Source: Casimicrobiaceae bacterium (lineage in GTDB: Bacteria; Pseudomonadota; Gammaproteobacteria; Burkholderiales; Casimicrobiaceae). Taken from it: DNA of 64,000 bases. The first letter of the stretch is position 1. Each line of letters starts with the position of its first letter. Made by a program: the position numbers and the translations under genes. The stretch is taken from positions 261 to 64,260 of the forward strand of contig JAYRNW010000216.1 in assembly GCA_041911995.1 (NCBI GenBank), in the 5' to 3' direction. Under the pieces are notes generated by a model. The model worked only from the letters and a program-made list of their open reading frames with translations. It was not told the DNA's origin and made no database searches. Shown here one piece after another: positions 60,183 to 64,000 of the stretch.

Positions 60183-63100
60183 TCAGCGCGGAATCCGCAG
60201 CGCCGGGTCGCCGATGACCTGGTAGATGTCCATCATATAGCGTTGCCCGCCCTTCCTGGCAAGGTCCGCCAGGGCGGATACGGCTGCCTCGCCAAGGGTC
60301 GCACGCGGGTTGGGTCCGGCCAGCGCGTCGACGAGACTCAGGCTCAACGTGCTCGCCTGCTCGTCGACGGACAGCCCGGTGGGCGCGAAGGCCGCGACGG
60401 CGCCGCCGCCCTTCCGCCACAGCAGCGTCTCCACCAGCGAGGTGGTGCCGGGATAGCTCCCATCGCCCACTTCGCAGGTGAACGCCGTGAAGATCGGCAA
60501 TCGCGCGCCGTTGTCGAGCAGGCTCACGTCGTCGTTGCTGAACAGCGGGTCGCCGGGGTCGTGCCCGAGTTCGAAGTACGCGCCGTGGCCAAAGTAGTTG
60601 AACAGTCCCACGCCGGTGGTCGAATTGAGCGCGGCGACCACCGTCTGGCGCACCTCGTTTCCAGACGCGCTTGCGGCACGATTGACCGTCGTCACGGCGA
60701 CTTTCCGGGACTGCAGGGCCTGTGCCACGAGCAGGCTGTCGGCCGTGAAATTACCGGCTTCCGGATCGGGGTTGTCGGCGACCAGCAGGGCCGGGCTCAA
60801 ACCGGTGCGCATGCCAACGGCCGGGAAGGCAGTCTCGTACGCGCGCAACTTGGCGACGTAGTTGGTGACATCGTCGACGGTTCGCGCGGGAATGCGGCCG
60901 ATGGCGATGTCGGGTACGCCGTCGTCGTTGAAATCGGCGTAGCGGTTGTCCGAGTTGAACAGGCCATTCGGCGTCGGCGCAAGAAGCACAGGGAAGAGGT
61001 TGTAGGCAAAACCCCGGTATTCCTTCGGGTCGATCGTGCCCTTGCCCAGCAGCGCGACATTACTCGGCCGCGTGCTCCAGTTCCGATAGGCGTACGCGAG
61101 GAAGTCCCGGATCGCATGCGGATTGGCGATACCGTAGTTGAACTCGTCGTAGATGTCCTGCAGGCCCACGACCTTTCCCCCGCGATATGCGGCGAGCAGG
61201 TCGGCCCCGGTGCGCAACGATTGGGGCGTCAGAACGAGGTAGCTTGCGGCATTTGCCGTGCTCTTCAGCGTCGACGGCGTGCCGGCCTCGACCGAGTACG
61301 GAGGCTGCGCTACGGCCGCGAGGTACGTCGGGACGGACCCGGTCGGCGCGAAACTGACGGCGAAAGGCGCGCCGGACGACACGGTGGCATTGCTCATCCA
61401 CCGCGGCTTGCGCGGATCGCTGATATCGAGCACGACGATGTCGGATCGGCTGAATCCGTCGACGCGGACCACCGCGTTGCCGGCGCCACGCAGGCGCAGG
61501 CGATCGCCGAGCGCCCGGTACGCACGCGAGTAGCCGACGTCGAACGCCTTCACCCAGAAGAAGCTGTCCGCGCCGGACGGCACGTCGGCGGTCATGCGGA
61601 CGATGTTGTCGCCGCTGTTGAGACAGCTCGCCGCAAACGGCTGCGTCGTGAACACCTGGGGCGCGATCCCCTTCCACGCGGGACTGGCGCCGAGGTCGCA
61701 ATTCTGGGACGACGGATTGAGCGTCAGGCGCGCGCTGCGCTGGTCGCTGCTCGCCCCCAGCATCGTCACGGTCAGGGTGGCGGTCCCCCCCGCGCCAGCC
61801 ACGTCCGGCACCGGGACCCGGAAGTCGGTCGCGCCGCCGCCGGCCCAGACGTAGTCCCAATACCAGAGGTCGGCGTCGGGATCGGTGAACAGGAAGTACA
61901 GCGGCTTGCCGTACTGCGCCACATGAACACTGGATGGGAACGACTGCCCCGCCGGCGCCGCACCGGAACGTGGAGCACCGGCGGTGCCCATCGCAAGCCC
62001 CGCGCCCTGGTCGAGCCAGTAGACGTTGTAGCGCGTGTACACGCTGTCGTTCCCGCTGACCGCCTCGCCGTAGAAGAACAGGCGATCATTCTGCGATCCG
62101 GCCTTCCAGGCGACCTGCTGGCCGCCCTGCTGCAGCCGCAGCTGGCTTCCAGCGATCCACTGGCGGACATCGATCGGATTCGCGCCGAGCGCGGTCGCGA
62201 TCTGGTCTGCGGTGATCACGTAGAGACCCTCGTCCTCGACCCGGATGCGCATGGCGGAGCCCGGGTTCGCGATCCCGGATGACGCGTTCTTCGGGCTGAT
62301 CGAAGCGGCGGGCGCGGGGTTGGCCACTGCGAGGTCGGATGCGTGCGCCACGCGCTCGAATTTCTGCGCCCCCGGCGTCGACCGCGGATTCGGCCGCACG
62401 GGGGCGACCTCCGCGATCGCGCGCCGGGGGGCCGGCTTCGCACTGCCCCCGACGACGGAGAACGGTCCGTAAACGCGTCGATTGCCGCTGGCTTCGATTT
62501 CCTCGATGCCGTAGGTGGTGGCGACACCGGGAACCACGAGCGGGTCCGCAAACCGATAGACCCCGCCCTGTCGCGTCGCCCCCAGCGCCGGCAGCAGTCG
62601 ATCGTTCAGCTTGACGAACGTGTCCGTGCTCGCATCGAGCCGATAAACGTTGAAGCCCGTCGTACCGATTTCCGAGGCGGTTTCCCACTCGAACCATGAC
62701 TGTCCGCCGGCGGCGTAAGCGCGGACATCCGCGATCACCGCGTGCGTGGCGAGAACCACGTCGGAGAACACGAGATCGGAAAGCCAGATGACCTGGACGC
62801 TCGGGTTGCCGCCACACCCGCCGCCGCAGTCCCCCGGCGTGTATTGAAGCAGGACCGAGCGAACGGACTTGGTCGCGAAATTGAACGATGCCCACGTCGA
62901 TGGATCGCTTTCGTTGCCCGCGCCACCGCCGGTGCCGGTTGCACTGACGGAATTGCTGGAAGTGCAAATCGATGTCGTCGTCGCGCCCGCAGGGCCGCCG
63001 CTGATCCCGTGCGACCCGGCCGCGACCGCCGCGGTCGCACACTGCCCGGTACCGGCACGGGCCCACCCGGGCGCCGCCGCGGTGAACTGGGTCAGGGCAT

Positions 63101-63647
63101 CGGGATTGATCAGCGTTCCGGTCGAATCCCGTGCCGTGACCGTGACGACATCCATGTAGTTGTTGGCGTTCGACCGGTCGATGTCCCGGACCGCGACGCC
63201 CCTGACCGACGCCGGCTTCGCGGTGCACGATGTCACCGTGGCGCCCGGCTGGCAGAACTCGTACAGCAACGTGATGTTCGACGTCGTGAGATTGCTGAAG
63301 TTGATGCCCAGAAACAGCTCCGGGCCCTGGCCCGGACTGTTGTTGAGGCAGGGGACGACCGGCGCGTTCCCCCCGCAGGGCCCCCCGCCGTACGACGACC
63401 AGGCCCCGTTGACCATTCCGATGCTCACCCGGATGTCGTACCCCGACCCCGCGACGTTCGCATAGACGCGCGGAGCGGTGGAGCCGGAGGTCCAGCCACC
63501 CGCCGTGGTCCAGTCGAACGTCCATTCGGTGGCCGCCGACTGCGGCACCACGCCGACGAGCGTCAGGATGCCGAGAAGCACGGCAGCAAAGAACCGTCCG
63601 GCGCCGCGGCCGATCGCCGACGCCGTGCATCGTGGATTCGTGATCAT
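60183..63647 (-). CDS. Large exported C25-family (gingipain-like) cysteine peptidase with an N-terminal beta/adhesin-like region
   Basis: Signal/TM segment; QDIYDEFNYG, ALLGKGT.D, SDN.Y.D...D..PDIAIGRIP, NYFGHG (His), FTCEVG (Cys), GGAVA, IGDP; ATGA overlap with the upstream gene. Confidence 0.88.
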   Translation of the reverse strand: MITNPRCTASAIGRGAGRFFAAVLLGILTLVGVVPQSAATEWTFDWTTAGGWTSGSTAPRVYANVAGSGYDIRVSIGMVNGAWSSYGGGPCGGNAPVVPCLNNSPGQGPELFLGINFSNLTTSNITLLYEFCQPGATVTSCTAKPASVRGVAVRDIDRSNANNYMDVVTVTARDSTGTLINPDALTQFTAAAPGWARAGTGQCATAAVAAGSHGISGGPAGATTTSICTSSNSVSATGTGGGAGNESDPSTWASFNFATKSVRSVLLQYTPGDCGGGCGGNPSVQVIWLSDLVFSDVVLATHAVIADVRAYAAGGQSWFEWETASEIGTTGFNVYRLDASTDTFVKLNDRLLPALGATRQGGVYRFADPLVVPGVATTYGIEEIEASGNRRVYGPFSVVGGSAKPAPRRAIAEVAPVRPNPRSTPGAQKFERVAHASDLAVANPAPAASISPKNASSGIANPGSAMRIRVEDEGLYVITADQIATALGANPIDVRQWIAGSQLRLQQGGQQVAWKAGSQNDRLFFYGEAVSGNDSVYTRYNVYWLDQGAGLAMGTAGAPRSGAAPAGQSFPSSVHVAQYGKPLYFLFTDPDADLWYWDYVWAGGGATDFRVPVPDVAGAGGTATLTVTMLGASSDQRSARLTLNPSSQNCDLGASPAWKGIAPQVFTTQPFAASCLNSGDNIVRMTADVPSGADSFFWVKAFDVGYSRAYRALGDRLRLRGAGNAVVRVDGFSRSDIVVLDISDPRKPRWMSNATVSSGAPFAVSFAPTGSVPTYLAAVAQPPYSVEAGTPSTLKSTANAASYLVLTPQSLRTGADLLAAYRGGKVVGLQDIYDEFNYGIANPHAIRDFLAYAYRNWSTRPSNVALLGKGTIDPKEYRGFAYNLFPVLLAPTPNGLFNSDNRYADFNDDGVPDIAIGRIPARTVDDVTNYVAKLRAYETAFPAVGMRTGLSPALLVADNPDPEAGNFTADSLLVAQALQSRKVAVTTVNRAASASGNEVRQTVVAALNSTTGVGLFNYFGHGAYFELGHDPGDPLFSNDDVSLLDNGARLPIFTAFTCEVGDGSYPGTTSLVETLLWRKGGGAVAAFAPTGLSVDEQASTLSLSLVDALAGPNPRATLGEAAVSALADLARKGGQRYMMDIYQVIGDPALRIPR

Positions 63648-64000
63648 GCGTTCTGCCAAGGAATGCCGAGCATCTTCTGCAACCTGCGCAATGCGGCGGA
63701 AGGCAATCCGCCAAGCCGGCGCCCGCCGGCCGAGCGACGGCCGGCCACCTGCCAACCTCGCATGATCACCCGTGCAAGCACGCAGTGTGCCAGCGAGGAT
63801 CGCCGCATGACCCAGGCCACGGCCCGCAGCGCCGCCGTCTCCCGCCGGAGGACGGCATGCTCGCCGTGCATGCGCCGCACGGCGACGACCACGCCAAGCA
63901 CGTCGGCAACGTGCACCGGCAGGTCAGGATGCGCCGTCGCGTCGCCCTGGGTCAGCAGCACGGCGTCCGGTGCGGCAGGCGACCTGCCGGTGACCCGATG
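63644..64000 (-). CDS. S24/S26 signal-peptidase-like protein, C-terminal part (runs off the window)
   Basis: Frame from 64000 reads HRV.......VLLTQGDA...PD.PV...DVLGVV, matching the S26 HR / GD boxes. Confidence 0.7.
   Translation of the reverse strand, partial: HRVTGRSPAAPDAVLLTQGDATAHPDLPVHVADVLGVVVAVRRMHGEHAVLRRETAALRAVAWVMRRSSLAHCVLARVIMRGWQVAGRRSAGGRRLGGLPSAALRRLQKMLGIPWQNA

Noticed and set aside
63777-63792. Sigma54-like TGGCAC-N5-GTGC upstream of the C25 gene
   Set aside because: Imperfect -12 box, lies inside the S26 coding sequence, and C25 is translationally coupled to that gene.

Overview
GC-rich bacterial DNA, probably betaproteobacterial judging from gene style (an impression, not a computed result). 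From left to right: (1) the 3' end of spoT; (2) a minus-strand Wza/Wzc export module with a PHP tyrosine phosphatase, an O-antigen-ligase-like protein and three unusual accessory genes, one encoding a J-domain protein; (3) a divergent lasso-peptide-type RiPP cluster (RRE B1, protease B2, cyclase C, a 55-aa precursor, a PRMT-like methyltransferase, an HPr-kinase-like kinase, a probable nucleotidyltransferase relic and an ABC exporter) embedded in the polysaccharide locus; (4) a ~24 kb Wzx/Wzy surface-glycan operon with a pseudaminic-acid pathway (pseB, C, F, methylase, G-H fusion, I), several tailoring enzymes and a sigma54-type promoter; (5) housekeeping genes (amt, grxD, sugar ABC transporter, 2-hydroxyacid dehydrogenase, MesD-like methionine synthase, csp, large NAD-GDH); (6) a second RiPP-like system in which nucleotidyltransferase, HPr-kinase-like kinase, PqqD/RRE and radical SAM genes converge on a 65-aa two-Cys, Ser-terminal precursor encoded downstream of a C25 (gingipain-like) protease and an S24/S26 peptidase. 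Region 6 is the best candidate for an undescribed system, followed by the lasso cluster inside the EPS locus. All calls come from motif recognition by eye; no searches were run.
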